DNA of 64,000 nt from contig CAXXFK010000037.1 of the NCBI GenBank assembly GCA_963663965.2, positions 19,350 through 83,349 of the forward strand. Reading direction: 5' to 3'. Positions 44,201 to 51,372 of the stretch are shown one piece after another (positions within the stretch are counted from its first letter, which is position 1; each line of letters starts with the position of its first letter). The position numbers and the translations under genes are program-made. The notes beneath the pieces are model-generated. The model did no database searches, was not told the DNA's origin, and saw nothing but the letters and a program-made list of their open reading frames with translations. The DNA is from Sedimentisphaerales bacterium. Its GTDB lineage: Bacteria > Planctomycetota > Phycisphaerae > Sedimentisphaerales > SM23-30.

Positions 44201-46958
44201 CGGTAATACCCTCGACTTCAAACAGGTTATCGACCGTACCGCTACCATCATCAGAACCATCACCGGTCTGCCAGGGACCAGCGCCACCCAGGTAGGCTTC
44301 GACACTGGCCACCAGGTCACCCACCGCGTCGAAAAGGCGTTGTTTCAGAAATCCGGCGCCGGCAGTATCGATGGCGCCAAAGACCAATACATCCAGCAAT
44401 TCATCCACTGCACCGCCCAATTTACCAGCCCACTCCTGAACCAGATCGAGACCACCATCGGTGGTATCGGTACCAATAATCGCCTCGACTTCGGCCTGAG
44501 TCAGCTCCAGATTTTCCTGCCGGACGGTATCATTCTCTTTCATACCATCCAGACGTTCGACAAAACCGCCACTCGCGTCGACCCGGTTGGTCGAACCGGC
44601 AAAATCGGCTTCATCATAGACACGCACAATTCCTTTGTCATCATCCCCTTGTGGTGAAGCATTGGCCGGATCTTCAATCTGCCAGGTCAGACTGGAAGCC
44701 ACCGCCATAAAATCCAACGTATCAACAAATCCATTGCCATAGCGGTTCCAGGCGCCGCCATCATCCTCCACCACCGTATCCTGACCCCAGTTTTCACCGA
44801 ATACATAACGATCCTGACCACCCTTACCCGTGAGAATATCATTGCCCGGTCCACCGGTGAGAATATTGGCCTGGCTGTCACCGGTAAGCACATCGGCGCC
44901 AGCACCACCGGTCAGGTTTTCGATACCGCTGGTTGTGGTGATTTCCGTTGCGTTGATTTTACCTTTTTTATCTCCCGATAAATCCAACGTAACGCCACTG
45001 GTGAAATTTTCGTAACTGACCGTGTCATTCCCACCGCCACCAACGATATTATCCGCTCCCCCACTCCAATCGGCTCTTTCGTATAAGACAAAAATATTGG
45101 CATCATCATTACCGCTAAGGGTATTGACACCCTGGGCGGCAATAATGTTTTCAACGCCACTGACACTGCCGGGCGCGCCGCCATTAACATATTCTGCGCT
45201 GCCACTGGACAGTGTCACGACGATATCTCCAGTTACGGGCGAATAATCCAGCCAGTCACTGCCCTTGCCTCCAGTCAGTTTCTGTATCGAATTTACTGAA
45301 GCAACGGCATTATTTGAATCATCACCAGCCTCAATCTGACTCAAACCGCTGGCGCTGATTTTGAATACGATATCCGTTTTTGACTGGCTAAATGAAACGG
45401 TATTAACACCGCCCCCGCCATCGACGCTATCGCCATTCCAATCATCCTCAAATTCAAACGTATCGTTTCCTCCTCCACCTTTGAGTGTATCACTCCCTTT
45501 ACCGCCAATCAGAATATTCGCGTTACTATCTCCGGTAAGATCATCATCCTGATCGGAACCAACAATCGTTTTGATCCGGGTCCAACCTGCCGTAGACAAA
45601 TCCACTGTAACCGCGGTATCGTAGCCGGAAAAATCAATGGTATTATCCCCACTGCCGCCATCGATAGACAGCGAGTTATAGGCTACGGTCCCCTGGTAAA
45701 TGAATTTGTCATTACCGCTACCGCCAATTATTTTTTCGATACCCTGAGCAGTTATTTCCCGGTCACCCGATACCGCCCGAACTTCCAGATCGCCGCCGGC
45801 ATTTTCGCTGATAGTGAATTCGATATCCTCGGTAAATCCACTGAAATCCAAAGTGCCATTGGCTGAGACCAGATCGTCAATTTCCAATTCGCCATCACCG
45901 GGCAAAATGGCATAGGTGTTCTGCCCACCACTACCCACTACTTTATCAATGTAGGTTACATCCACCAGCTTATTAAGACCGCTAGTCGCTGAAACGGCGG
46001 TTTTACCACCCGAATCTCCAACGGTAATCACCAGCGTATCGCTCATCAAACTAAAATCAAGGGTATCATCTCCTCCAAAGCGCTTTTCTTCAACCAGATC
46101 TTCACCCCAGTTATTGGCAAAGACATAAATATCATCACCCCGGCCGCCGGTCAGAGTATCATTGCCTTTCCCGCCGGCCAGAATATCCGCGCCACCCGCA
46201 CCGGTAAACAATTCAGCATTATCCCCACCTGCCAGAATGTCAGATTTACTACCTCCTGTAACCGCGATGATACCCGCGAAAAGATTACTATCCAATAAGG
46301 CGCTGGCAGAGTTGGCAGTGAGATTCGTTGATGAATATTGGAATGATGAACCACTCAAATTCACCTGAACAGGCTTGCCGTAGGATGAATAATCCAGCGT
46401 ATCGCCCGATCCAGTCGTAATAGCTATCTGGTCAGTGACATCTAGCTTACCCGGCTTAAAGAGATTTCCACTACTATCGCCGGCATAACTTTCAACCGAA
46501 TCGGTACGGATGGTAAACTGTTCCGTTCCATCGCCGGCTAGAATAGTCGCGCTATACCCCTGGGCCAGGGCAACTTCGGGCCCGGTAATCATATTGGAAA
46601 ATGCTATACTATCATCCCCTGTTCCCCCTTTGAATAGTATCGATTTTCCGATAAATCCATCGATCAAAAGCTTATCGGCCTGGTCTCCACCCGTTATTTC
46701 AACCCGGGAAACATCCGATAGCAAAGCCGATTGAGCCAGCGAGCCATCCTGATAGAGTTCCAGCGTATTTGCATTGACCTTTAAAATCGCATCCAGGTTA
46801 TCAGGTCCGGCTGAATACTTAAAGGGATCGCCACTTAATAATAAACGCCGTTCCAAGACTTCGGTAATTAATGATGTTGGTGAATTCACATCATAAATTT
46901 TATGAGTTACCCGACGTAAAATTCTGCGTTTTAGTTTATTACGTCTCACTTTATACAT
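29133..46958 (-). CDS. Giant Ca2+-binding RTX-repeat surface protein/adhesin with LEPR-XLL leader (N-terminal 5941 aa of a frameshifted ~6928-aa gene)
   Basis: Basic N-terminus then TEVLERRLLLS; many GGxGxDxL nonapeptides; five putative Ig (He_PIG-like) repeats at ~34230-35625; the last ~20 residues are out-of-frame sequence. Confidence 0.88.
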   Translation of the reverse strand: MYKVRRNKLKRRILRRVTHKIYDVNSPTSLITEVLERRLLLSGDPFKYSAGPDNLDAILKVNANTLELYQDGSLAQSALLSDVSRVEITGGDQADKLLIDGFIGKSILFKGGTGDDSIAFSNMITGPEVALAQGYSATILAGDGTEQFTIRTDSVESYAGDSSGNLFKPGKLDVTDQIAITTGSGDTLDYSSYGKPVQVNLSGSSFQYSSTNLTANSASALLDSNLFAGIIAVTGGSKSDILAGGDNAELFTGAGGADILAGGKGNDTLTGGRGDDIYVFANNWGEDLVEEKRFGGDDTLDFSLMSDTLVITVGDSGGKTAVSATSGLNKLVDVTYIDKVVGSGGQNTYAILPGDGELEIDDLVSANGTLDFSGFTEDIEFTISENAGGDLEVRAVSGDREITAQGIEKIIGGSGNDKFIYQGTVAYNSLSIDGGSGDNTIDFSGYDTAVTVDLSTAGWTRIKTIVGSDQDDDLTGDSNANILIGGKGSDTLKGGGGNDTFEFEDDWNGDSVDGGGGVNTVSFSQSKTDIVFKISASGLSQIEAGDDSNNAVASVNSIQKLTGGKGSDWLDYSPVTGDIVVTLSSGSAEYVNGGAPGSVSGVENIIAAQGVNTLSGNDDANIFVLYERADWSGGADNIVGGGGNDTVSYENFTSGVTLDLSGDKKGKINATEITTTSGIENLTGGAGADVLTGDSQANILTGGPGNDILTGKGGQDRYVFGENWGQDTVVEDDGGAWNRYGNGFVDTLDFMAVASSLTWQIEDPANASPQGDDDKGIVRVYDEADFAGSTNRVDASGGFVERLDGMKENDTVRQENLELTQAEVEAIIGTDTTDGGLDLVQEWAGKLGGAVDELLDVLVFGAIDTAGAGFLKQRLFDAVGDLVASVEAYLGGAGPWQTGDGSDDGSGTVDNLFEVEGITVSPTSYQKEFRGTVDLGAVELTTNIDLVDAISDLLGDLNGVDASGTLGLTMDVVFTFSFGLEENGDFYLADPALMLDNGMLGAQHIDLGFDLGILAAGVNDGTVAFDFSVGFETTGHYVLTQDVVNNFNYKDLSGRIVKEGEFVVDLPFGSQLAGLSLDLATLRTVFDFDTDLFGGLTLGEFITQFDTSISLDAVNFDLGDLSDLGKLSLADIYDALKVTVDLVFDPSGLWFEEIPGIELNLDDLTAGIGQAILDAIEWINPANWAGSLQEIEGILDAKISLPNIPTQLGVGEFGAWVNPDFSLGFNDGELFYGFTFDAGYYGEKGFGFDMADFAGGADGLFGDGGLFTVQAGGNLFVDARTALEIGVGIDLLPDISAGESFEPYVTDTSGIDASVTLGGKDLTFVAAINTGLDIADKIGLHVKEGTAVAGASLGISLKEGVDGKIPVTDLSFVMEARGEFSVDLPMYITESLPVSGSTDDLDGDGVPDNVLKIDTAVSWDNTSGLQFDGVTVITPDFASTFNAFSLINNPDVLLAGVQNILNKLRAQTPQLGDLPLVGQHLGSVDDFIANDIYQKIDDTINAARGFINGRSTIEIIQDELYNALGPDGLDILSVIDDTVAQGNSGRYVMASLESFDDASGKGTRVTFNLKVAGTIFDESIKLEFGDELPGLGLDVETEILASVDYELNFCFGVDVPNTGLPKDGNYKDLFFVDAAAGPGGKEFVLNAMVGLQDGAHLDALLGFMRARVETLSGVDDEDGILSQVMVNASIDLRDDQLTVGQADGRLTLDELTASENKLKDFVEAEVVGIADVDLYAEIGFDSVDFLEASANVHYRQELTWNPEDPDGNGKKLDVGSPLVSLENVALDLGPFMNGVVGDTLKQVKKITSPMQPIADIWNGELPVIGELGGPATLGDLAKLFAGADKNLDKFVTVIDALVTIVDAVNSLPDSPDGKIYFGDFILVGADQTPSASEPGYDTTTSDRQNDSQFNPTGGGQQVDSGSKSFVDKYVSKKPGEMEFPVLTDPKQMFNLITGRPADIFRYELPSAALNFEYSQSFPIFTGLNARLSGSISAGFNLGFGYDTSGLNEYISQVKAKGFDQADESVLLDGFYLNDHKGSGDGPITDPATGDRAEAWLTARIAAGASVGIGGLIEAYVEGGFTGEIAFDLAEPYSHDFIGGAAVDLSGVNEKDGKVTFTELDKRFQYYSACCGPLCMIETSGRLGADLTAGLWVGLKVFGAKLTLFDASITLAQITLASFGHTCSPKPAPDPASLISLPALSGPQGLDDISPNGGGSVLVLHMGDYASNRGSTGSEDIDPNADTGFIVEVVDTLDNDGKVIEKNGSVKVTYNDAYVEYFDIDEVTHIKAIGGDGNDMITIKKPKDETVVFAPTVEFTGGGGDDYALIQTDGDVLLDGGAGNDVLVAGGGNDTIIAGAGNDYLEGGAGDDILFGGGGDDIIQAGFGDDFLYGDGMAYDNQNRVEVAPLSNAQQDQAGIQGDDTLIGGGGNDVLIGYGGNDILVGDGTIPKSKAEKGGAEGVDYRLVTLVHPNPGPNDPLTTQIAVTMGSDFLLGGDGDDRISGDEGDDYIHGENGNDSIQGGDGDDLIGVHTYDQGDFTGAWQEIWTQYLADINGVVTENDADTLRWTSGEGADQVNLGDGDDLLELNGADSGDSWSFEAGTNPADLLMTLSGMRTNLVSVEKVILNAGQGADQFGINDLRTTTVTDFDIRLGGSTTSSGTVNTSGPEAREVILDPDGAGVILAASVETSGQIKQAVVDYYNSQGVAINPDDVTINEDDTVSVNGQVDEITAYPKQPEGPAQIFTADAAADNVTLRSSDGPDNFAINSVVTNVIDDQGQTHVQPLWRIVQDQGAVRYTIRQANRATGDRLLIQTMAAGDEIDAGGVSGEHADIMQLVIDAGDGQDTLRGTAFADILKGGAGDDVYTGGAGVDNFYDLVGRNILEEARNADFELTGGYLIVGDFSENPASPLSQNTLNASPESYPQYPDPDQWLQAGATKHYGWATDAEFENLANVNFATFRLSGQDQVISDQWQHPQNIFYIHDFNAEVFLDGQGGSDRYVLDLATSPGARFIEQDSGGVGHGNPPGSTIGNDAIVITGTDQADTFGFNADSYNANPSDGEVTMGDTILKYNGPEYLLVHGLAGDDVFLVDDNGVPLHIFGGAGADQFQIGQVVEAAFTDDIPAILYAAEMTNGVSMVSYFYGGTGNDYMEVNHNLAEVFLFGEDDNDKFVINANLEVDKTANIYGGIGNNQITYVQNAKVNINGGEGIDTVVINGTPIDDTFIIAVVDGKQVIYGAGIQVGSMEEVELLEVNGAGGNDSIYVFGTVAGLDLVVNGGFGDDTIYVGGEEASVYVDPPAYTYQPPSYMVDPAPFQDGWKLITVDPGAYLAPINIPSQLYHYDNPYSFLWPYDKGHRWITSSSVWYNDWIDRYWAAPLNRVNDYITGQAAAIEQDYKTGRMSAKYRQYLSEYIADGSPEGSVSMDFSTAISYYYNQIWSFDDESGNGQQLVSVLDTRWGSGGYNTYGNTAWVWINPQPYQQPVPNMIDPPPYQVVPEPVTVDPAPFLFTAGPQKSLSQFGGSFTVDGGEGANDRIVINSQDDSAPGRIGLEGGGQVTVDLLDGLTYDAAQLQIESVTGAGSWQTGNGNLFFTPDSEEPGIGTVVYTFNGVLNKEGNPKEFIEYFRYGQRTVLSGRNMQPGVTIEFGNASVINIELSDAADVFTVNSTPQDSTTVVNARAGNDIIHVESAGGITIIEGGADDDTIYVGFDGANPDNAANGTLAGIPDSLIIRGGEGDDQVHTSNAGALGSVPQTGALQVVSLDEITTSITSKKDTPVAAIESTGAMAGFKIQSLDLRSVFAYEFIAPGSSPQTYTDFIENELETLTYSLYLWKNNAWQLLNDADGVHVLIGDNKDGIISGVPRLDVFDVGTNRMQLDADWNGQIKSYEFDLEIARTGGMVGTSVGTIDMTGADIFDVNLNGIQPRYELYRKYGNDWVSSVNSGLRVDVFEGLITGTPLPYDVGTNTYKLEMYWRESGQNKSLTYEFELAIKEVQGHSGVELDGIDVRSMFGGTLENWNQVTYHLEGLPAGSGLKVDDGLKQASAKGLIIGRPTPMDVTGPSGRTIKLVAISDTNQREERSLTIFIDQPVEMTGYKIGQIDLRTAIEKDFGSLDNVTYTISGLANSGLNFADGVIDGVPLNAGQYAIQLTAKKGAQTENYSFDIDVDPLTSYINYRIKAVDLKEIFRGQFNDPGLVSYTVAGLDNTGFVLDPDTWRIVGIPTTPGNQTWTVTATDGSKTLQQVLTMEVKGTQPPASQDDTQIADTQYKVLRWSRNTSLDVLTHLEYAAGLFGVDYSAATLNSNEITALDGNDYRLKTITDQSVNQVSGSTLIQTGVPGGFIEYNGVEVLTVETGSQDDRFDILSTMPGMTVTVKTHDGADQVNILTTGGSINLETGSQDDTVNIGSNSPSFGGDLNNLMGVIAINAGDGTDQLNIDDTGETLDGSGQLSFNQFTGFGLDQSIDYTGFEDLNLSLGEGKDTLTIVDTHTGTTQIHTGPNDDQIYIRTIQGPTTVASGDGNDQIAVSSITGQLNGIMAPLRLLGQGDTDTLYLIDSGESQNASGTLTGTTLTGLGMTATVSYETFELLSIHLGRQNDNLTINGTHTGVTEIYGANGEDTFAINQINGPTSIFGGDNTDRYFVTTIPSLTSQWIPGVLDTLTLDGQSGADQYQVVWSGHSAYEVNIEDHGLGVDADQMTIFATGQNDTILFRQYFVALLNDLAGNDQIADAVERINYNYHVPANDTTGLGVETMFVYGLGGNDFFALDDNSAETTLDGGIGNDWFQIGQLFATPRDANAGIEPRDQYLPADLVEVTTDGSNTAWLTNGVSRATTIHGGDDNDVFSVYHNIAEMNLNGQDGDDYFVVRSFVVKNDPTGAKAQKEIDIDAGSGDNTIAYAANSPVNVNGGAGFDTLLITGTYNDDRFVITENAIYGAGRINWYTDVEVIEVDGLEGDDTIFVQSTSTQVVTKVTGGLGNDTIELTGTVTGAIDIGLAAADLAKKNPDGVSVTNGKFATFPIQSHTLTRLGGPLVIKGGLGQVQSFVPDKPIMLPHETDGGAGTGPVLPDTPILGDDNNATDRIHVNNDQSNANDTGLLTESRLTGLGLSGDLLLDVGDGRKYTFAGGISYTELEQFDLYLGGGSDHLLVADTHHGLTTIDLGNGNDVLDIEAISGQTEVDAGAGNDQINVGQPAGNNRSLAGIDDSLSIDGETGSDTIWVSNRSDNGNRTGTLTDDSLTWTDMVQDGITYMNTETLNIDLGDGMDTFTIESTHTGLTHLNSHGQDDTINIQTISGRTEVLTEAGQDVVNVGTTAPETGGTLDAIGAVLSLDAGTDLDVLNLDDSADTNDNVGVLTAVSLAGFDMAGQIQYTQFDDLNLTTGSGSDTLNIVSTHTGQTTARLAQGDDLVNIANTLRRLDDIDGRLDISGGSGDDTVRFDDSGDTADNTGYLANDTLTGLGLAPAGIGYLDFETTELLLGRARDTLYITSIHAGITAIETGAGIDAVHVGSTMPEIGGTVDDMVGLLQITGANDGDWLDIDDTAAVDDRVLNLTGSQITGLTLPQAIEYTGLSDLTIGLGSGNDIINVQGTTAHTILRTNAGDESFYVASLANVRLDDDPDDTLSGDLNAILGDLELVAGSGTHTLLMSDEADTLDTTGASWARGAEGMAESEMTLAGLSGGRIGFSSDTESGDFSGGVNLWLGQANDQFAIDATHRRAGVHTITTVWANTGNDNITMALDENQDDTLVVHGQEGQDTLNGSASTHRLYLFGEQDADTLSGGSNDDVIFGDFGSVEGDWRAPMASETLSPELGGSDIIVGNAGNDILFGGSGNDTIDGMAGSDVILGDHGSYDFTAPAGQTILSIESAYAGNDTLFGGAGDDFILGQQGDDMIYGQDGQDDLIGGHNHAGGADGADVIDGGADADVILGDNGIIPANLGKRSVGRLSRALCGCDS

Positions 46959-47407
46959 AGGAAAACCCTTTCAAGGCAATGACTTGTGAAATAAGGGCAC
47001 CGGTTAAGCAAGTATTAATCATACCCTCACATCCACACCGCCTGTGGAATAGAAAATTAATCAACGATTTTTCCAAAACAAATCCTTCTCACTTGAGATT
47101 TTTTTAATTTCGCTGCCCCAACGGAAAAAGCGTTCAGAAAAATACGATTTGTTTATCATTTAAAACAGAAACGTTGTTTCAGAATAATTCTTCCATTCGG
47201 AAATATGCCTTTCGTTCAGATCCTATGCGACAAAACTAACGTTAACCTAATATAAATTAGATAGTTATCATAAAGCCTGCCTTAATGTACCCCAGAGTTC
47301 CGTCACATAAGAGCCTGAACCATACCAGCCGTACCCGATGAAACAGAGTTGACTTTCCGGACATAATGACAGAAAGTCTGGCCGGCAGATCATACATACA
47401 ATATGTT

Positions 47408-47437
47408 ATTATAGACCCGCAAATTTATGAAAATCAA
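47408..47437 (-). promoter_or_regulatory. Putative sigma70 promoter for the giant RTX gene
   Basis: Minus strand TTGATT-18 bp-TATAAT, just downstream of the GH29 terminator and about 450 bp before the start codon. Confidence 0.45.
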
Positions 47438-47524
47438 TTTATTGACTGATTCTAAGTCAAAACAATACCTTAACCAATATAGGAAACTGATCCTCGAAAA
47501 TATTGATCAAATCTATTTATTCAT

Positions 47525-47558
47525 AAAAAAGGCATCTCAAACTTCCATTTGAAATGCC
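47525..47558 (-). terminator. Rho-independent terminator ending the sugar-utilisation operon
   Basis: Minus strand GGCATTTCAAA-TGGAAG-TTTGAGATGCC-TTTTTT (one G:U pair), about 47 bp after the GH29 stop. Confidence 0.8.
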
Positions 47559-47604
47559 GTCTACACCAATCAGCTAATCTAACTATTACATACAAGCCGG
47601 TCAA

Positions 47605-49281
47605 TTACTTTTTATGGAACAGTTGAAACTCCCAGATAGTAGGTCCTTCCGTAGCCTGTAAAATATCCAGTCGGAAAATCCGTGCCCGAACAGGATCAAA
47701 TGTGATCGTCTTTTCTGAATCGACCTTGCCCCCTTTATAGGCAGTTTTCCATTCATTACCCGACTGATACTTGATTTCGAATTGGGTTATCCGGTTCCAG
47801 TCGTGCTCATCAATTCTTGCGGCATTGACCGTGGTATCCTGTCCCAGATCTACTTGCAGCCAGGCAGCATGGGTCCCGCCATCGGTGGCCCAGCGGGTTT
47901 CCGGATCGTCATCGAATGCTTTGGAGGCTTCATAGTTTTTTTGGTTTTGAAAGACATTAGAGGCTTTGGCCGGCTTCTCAAACGCTACTGAATCACTGGG
48001 GAGATTCATTCTAACTGGTTCGATATCGAACGCACGCCCGGCCACAGTCAGTTCCACGACCGAGGCGATTTCATTTCGCTCGGCGATTGGGATATCCAGT
48101 TCAATTCCTGCTTTGGTATTTTTAAAAGTCACGACTCCCCCGCCGCGTACTATCGCTTTTTGAATCTTTAAAGACTGTGTTGGAATAAGAAATGGACCGT
48201 CCTGGGGCCAGTTCATGATAAACAGGAACACTTTATTATCTTTGCAGGTAGAAGCGCCCCAGCGTCCCGGCTTGAGTGGGCCGCCCCGGGTGCCATAGAT
48301 GGTATCGCCATACTGCTGCATCCATTGTCCCATTTCCATCAGACGCTCAACCTGACGCGGTTCGATCCGGCCATCGGGCATCGGGCCAACATTAAACAGC
48401 AGGTTGCCATCACCGCCGGCGGTATAGATCAACGTTTGCAGACACTGCTTCAACGACTTCATGGTATCATCGGGCTTCCAGGCCCATTGCCGACAGATGG
48501 TCATGCAGGTTTCCCAGGGGCGTTCCCGGTTGAAGCCGCCGACTCGTTGTTCGGGGGTATCAAAATCGCCCGGCGCCCCGGTACGGTTGTTAATCACAAT
48601 ACTGGGCTGTAAAGCACGGGTAAAAGCAATCACACTCTCGCCGCGCTGCCGGTCGAATTCCTGGGGAACATCATACCACAGGGTTATCAGCGGGCCGTAA
48701 TTGACCAGCAGCTCTTTGACCTGGGCCTTGAGATACTCGGTATAGCGGTCCAGATTATAAGTATCCCGTTTGACCTGGCCGCCGGGACTGGTGCGGGGAA
48801 AATCCGGATGATGCCAGTCGCAAGTGGAATAATAGGTACCAAAGGCGATCCCCTGCCGCTTGCAGGCGTCGGATAACTCTTTAACGACATCGCGCCCTAA
48901 CGGCGAGTTCATCATATTGAAATCGGTCTGTTTGGTATCCCAGAGGCAAAAGCCGTCATGGTGCTTGGTCGTCAAAATAACATATTTCATGCCGGCCTGT
49001 TTGGCGACTTTTACCCAGTCGTCCGCATTGAAGTGTTCCGGGTCGAAACGCTTATACAATTGATCGTATTGTTCAACAGGAGTCTCGCGGCCGCGTGACC
49101 AGCCGATTTCATGACCGGTCAGACTGACCGGTCCCCAGTGTATGAACATGCCAAATCGCATATCCTGCCAGCGCTTCAGAGCTTCGGGATTGACCTGGGC
49201 GGCCGGCCTGTCAGCCGCCAGAGCCCATACACTAAAAACCGTTATCAGAAAATACCCTATAGTAAAATGCTTGGGAGCCAT
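47605..49281 (-). CDS. GH29 alpha-L-fucosidase with C-terminal F5/8 type C (CBM32-like) domain
   Basis: RFGMFIHWG, TKHHDGFCLW, LWYD, WETCMT and LLFNVGP motifs; AFDDDPETRW...WLQVDLG discoidin domain; signal peptide; AGGAG Shine-Dalgarno. Confidence 0.93.
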   Translation of the reverse strand: MAPKHFTIGYFLITVFSVWALAADRPAAQVNPEALKRWQDMRFGMFIHWGPVSLTGHEIGWSRGRETPVEQYDQLYKRFDPEHFNADDWVKVAKQAGMKYVILTTKHHDGFCLWDTKQTDFNMMNSPLGRDVVKELSDACKRQGIAFGTYYSTCDWHHPDFPRTSPGGQVKRDTYNLDRYTEYLKAQVKELLVNYGPLITLWYDVPQEFDRQRGESVIAFTRALQPSIVINNRTGAPGDFDTPEQRVGGFNRERPWETCMTICRQWAWKPDDTMKSLKQCLQTLIYTAGGDGNLLFNVGPMPDGRIEPRQVERLMEMGQWMQQYGDTIYGTRGGPLKPGRWGASTCKDNKVFLFIMNWPQDGPFLIPTQSLKIQKAIVRGGGVVTFKNTKAGIELDIPIAERNEIASVVELTVAGRAFDIEPVRMNLPSDSVAFEKPAKASNVFQNQKNYEASKAFDDDPETRWATDGGTHAAWLQVDLGQDTTVNAARIDEHDWNRITQFEIKYQSGNEWKTAYKGGKVDSEKTITFDPVRARIFRLDILQATEGPTIWEFQLFHKK

Positions 49282-49332
49282 ATGATTCTCCTGAATGACT
49301 GGCTAAAATTACCATCATAAATACAACAACTA

Positions 49333-51333
49333 TTACAATTCCTGGTCGCTGCTATAAGACAACCACTCTTTCGTCAAAAAATTAAAATCAGCATAGTCAA
49401 CCTGTCCATTTTTATCCAGATCCGCTCCTGTATTGGTGTCCAGCCAGCCTCCAACCAACACGGCCAGGTCGGCCGCGTCGGTTCGGCTATCATGATTCAG
49501 ATCAGCGATCAGAGGGAGTTCCAGGCGGATGGCATCGTACATGATATTGGCAAAGGTACTGCCCCGGACTTGTTTGAATGAAATGGTATTGATCCCCTGG
49601 CGCAAATAGGTGGTGTTAAATTTCAACCTCTTGAGTTCATAGGCGCCCTGTATACTATCCCGTACACAGGCGGATCCGGCATCCAGGCTAGTATCATACT
49701 CAATCCGGATCCCGTTAACCCTGATCTCCAAAGCACCCTGGCGCTGGGCGGCGATAGCCACGGTCAGCATGGCCTGACCAACCGGGATCGTCTCTATATC
49801 GAAATGCACAACCCAGACCGGTAAATGCCAGGATCCATTCTCACGCTGACAGGCCATCTGGGTATAGTTCCAATCGTCTCGTTCACAACTGCGGCCTATC
49901 CAGATATCCACATCCGCAGGAAAATCCGTGAGATAATTGTTCCACATCCCCCAGGAAGTTCCATCATGAAACCGATCGCCATATTTATATTCACCCGCTG
50001 TCCGGTCAAAGCGGCCAATCTGCCAGAGGCGGCGGCCGAATTTCTGCGGGCTCCAATTCAAAATACCCAGATCAGCAGTCTGACCGGCAGTAATAACAAC
50101 ATCATCCAGCCGATATTCTTCTGGAATACCATTTACGAAAGCATATAACGAATAGGTACCCGGCCTGACCTGTTCTATTTTAAAATTGCCCTGCTCATCG
50201 GCACGGGCATAAAATTGATAGCCTTTGCACTGCTTCTGCCAGTTGGGAATTTCCGGCAGATTCTCGGGGCTAGCCAGGATCACCCAGGCCCCAGTCGGAT
50301 TGGTTCCGTCGGTTAATTTTAATTTACCCACCAAATTGCCCCGATCCAGGGGATAATCCGGCCGGTCCAGCCACTGATAGGGCCATTTTTGCCTTTCAAG
50401 CGAAGCCGCCGCTTTAGCGTCATCCCATTGTTCTTCAGGGGTATCACCTTCATTGACATAAAGGAAGAACGGCCCATAGATCTTTGACCAGCGTTCGCCG
50501 GTTTGAAATTCCGCCTGGCCGCCGCCGTAATGGCTGCCCTGAAAATCGTTCAGGATCACCGGGGTCGTTGTGGTCTGATGGACCGTCAGTTCCTGATGGG
50601 TCGGCCCGCCATTGTAAAACTCCGAACTGGGAGTAATCATCCACATCCCGTAGCCATCTCCGCACCAGCCGTGAACATAGTGTTCACTGACATAATCGGC
50701 AAACAGATACTTATCATCGACGGTACCATCCGGCATTCGTGTTGCTTCAGAGGGGCTGAGAATCCCGCCATTGGCCCGGGCCAAAGCCAGTTCCTGGGGA
50801 GTAGGGGCGACTTTCTGGCGATTATCATCCACCACCATCCGATTGAATACTGCCGGACTGTTGCGCACGACACAGCGGGCCTGGTCCAGATCCCATTCAG
50901 CCGGACTACTGGTTGACAAAACCGCAAAGGCGTAGAATCCGCTAACGCCCCGGCGCAGGATATAATGCACTTCATAATCCAGCACACCTCCAAGCATCCC
51001 GATCGCCTGAAAGGCAATCTCGACCTGATCATCCGTATTCGTCACGACCGAGTAAGCCGCATTGGCAACCCCTTCATAAAGCCCGCCATTTCCATTGCAA
51101 TCCCAGTACCAGGCGTTTCCGATCAAATTGGAACTGGATCCTTTGTACAGAGTGGTCATGCGGGCATTGGATTTATTAATCATACCGGTTATCTGTCCGT
51201 TTGACAGGGTAACCGTGCTGTCAGTGTCCAACAGTGAAACTGGAGGATCAGACTGGGCAGAGAGAAGGGGACTAATGCCAAAAGTCCATAAGGCAGCCAG
51301 CCCAATGATTATGATTGTTGATTTGCGATTCAT
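49333..51333 (-). CDS. Polysaccharide lyase family 4 (rhamnogalacturonan endolyase) with C-terminal dockerin-like module
   Basis: VDDKY...VHGW...GGPTHQEL...SHYGG...KIYGPF; GYQFY...VRPGTYSL (fn3-like); LWQIGRFDR...MYDAIRLE (CBM-like). Probable start MNRKST at 51333 (the ORF track starts at 51369). Confidence 0.9.
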   Translation of the reverse strand: MNRKSTIIIIGLAALWTFGISPLLSAQSDPPVSLLDTDSTVTLSNGQITGMINKSNARMTTLYKGSSSNLIGNAWYWDCNGNGGLYEGVANAAYSVVTNTDDQVEIAFQAIGMLGGVLDYEVHYILRRGVSGFYAFAVLSTSSPAEWDLDQARCVVRNSPAVFNRMVVDDNRQKVAPTPQELALARANGGILSPSEATRMPDGTVDDKYLFADYVSEHYVHGWCGDGYGMWMITPSSEFYNGGPTHQELTVHQTTTTPVILNDFQGSHYGGGQAEFQTGERWSKIYGPFFLYVNEGDTPEEQWDDAKAAASLERQKWPYQWLDRPDYPLDRGNLVGKLKLTDGTNPTGAWVILASPENLPEIPNWQKQCKGYQFYARADEQGNFKIEQVRPGTYSLYAFVNGIPEEYRLDDVVITAGQTADLGILNWSPQKFGRRLWQIGRFDRTAGEYKYGDRFHDGTSWGMWNNYLTDFPADVDIWIGRSCERDDWNYTQMACQRENGSWHLPVWVVHFDIETIPVGQAMLTVAIAAQRQGALEIRVNGIRIEYDTSLDAGSACVRDSIQGAYELKRLKFNTTYLRQGINTISFKQVRGSTFANIMYDAIRLELPLIADLNHDSRTDAADLAVLVGGWLDTNTGADLDKNGQVDYADFNFLTKEWLSYSSDQEL

Positions 51334-51372
51334 AAAATCCCAGCAGGTTGACCAAACGGCCATTAACATTCT

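Noticed and set aside
29133..46958. RTX pore-forming toxin/T1SS operon or intein-containing toxin
   Set aside because: No HlyB/HlyD/TolC or acyltransferase gene lies nearby, and no Hint or toxin motif was recognised. The architecture fits a surface adhesin.
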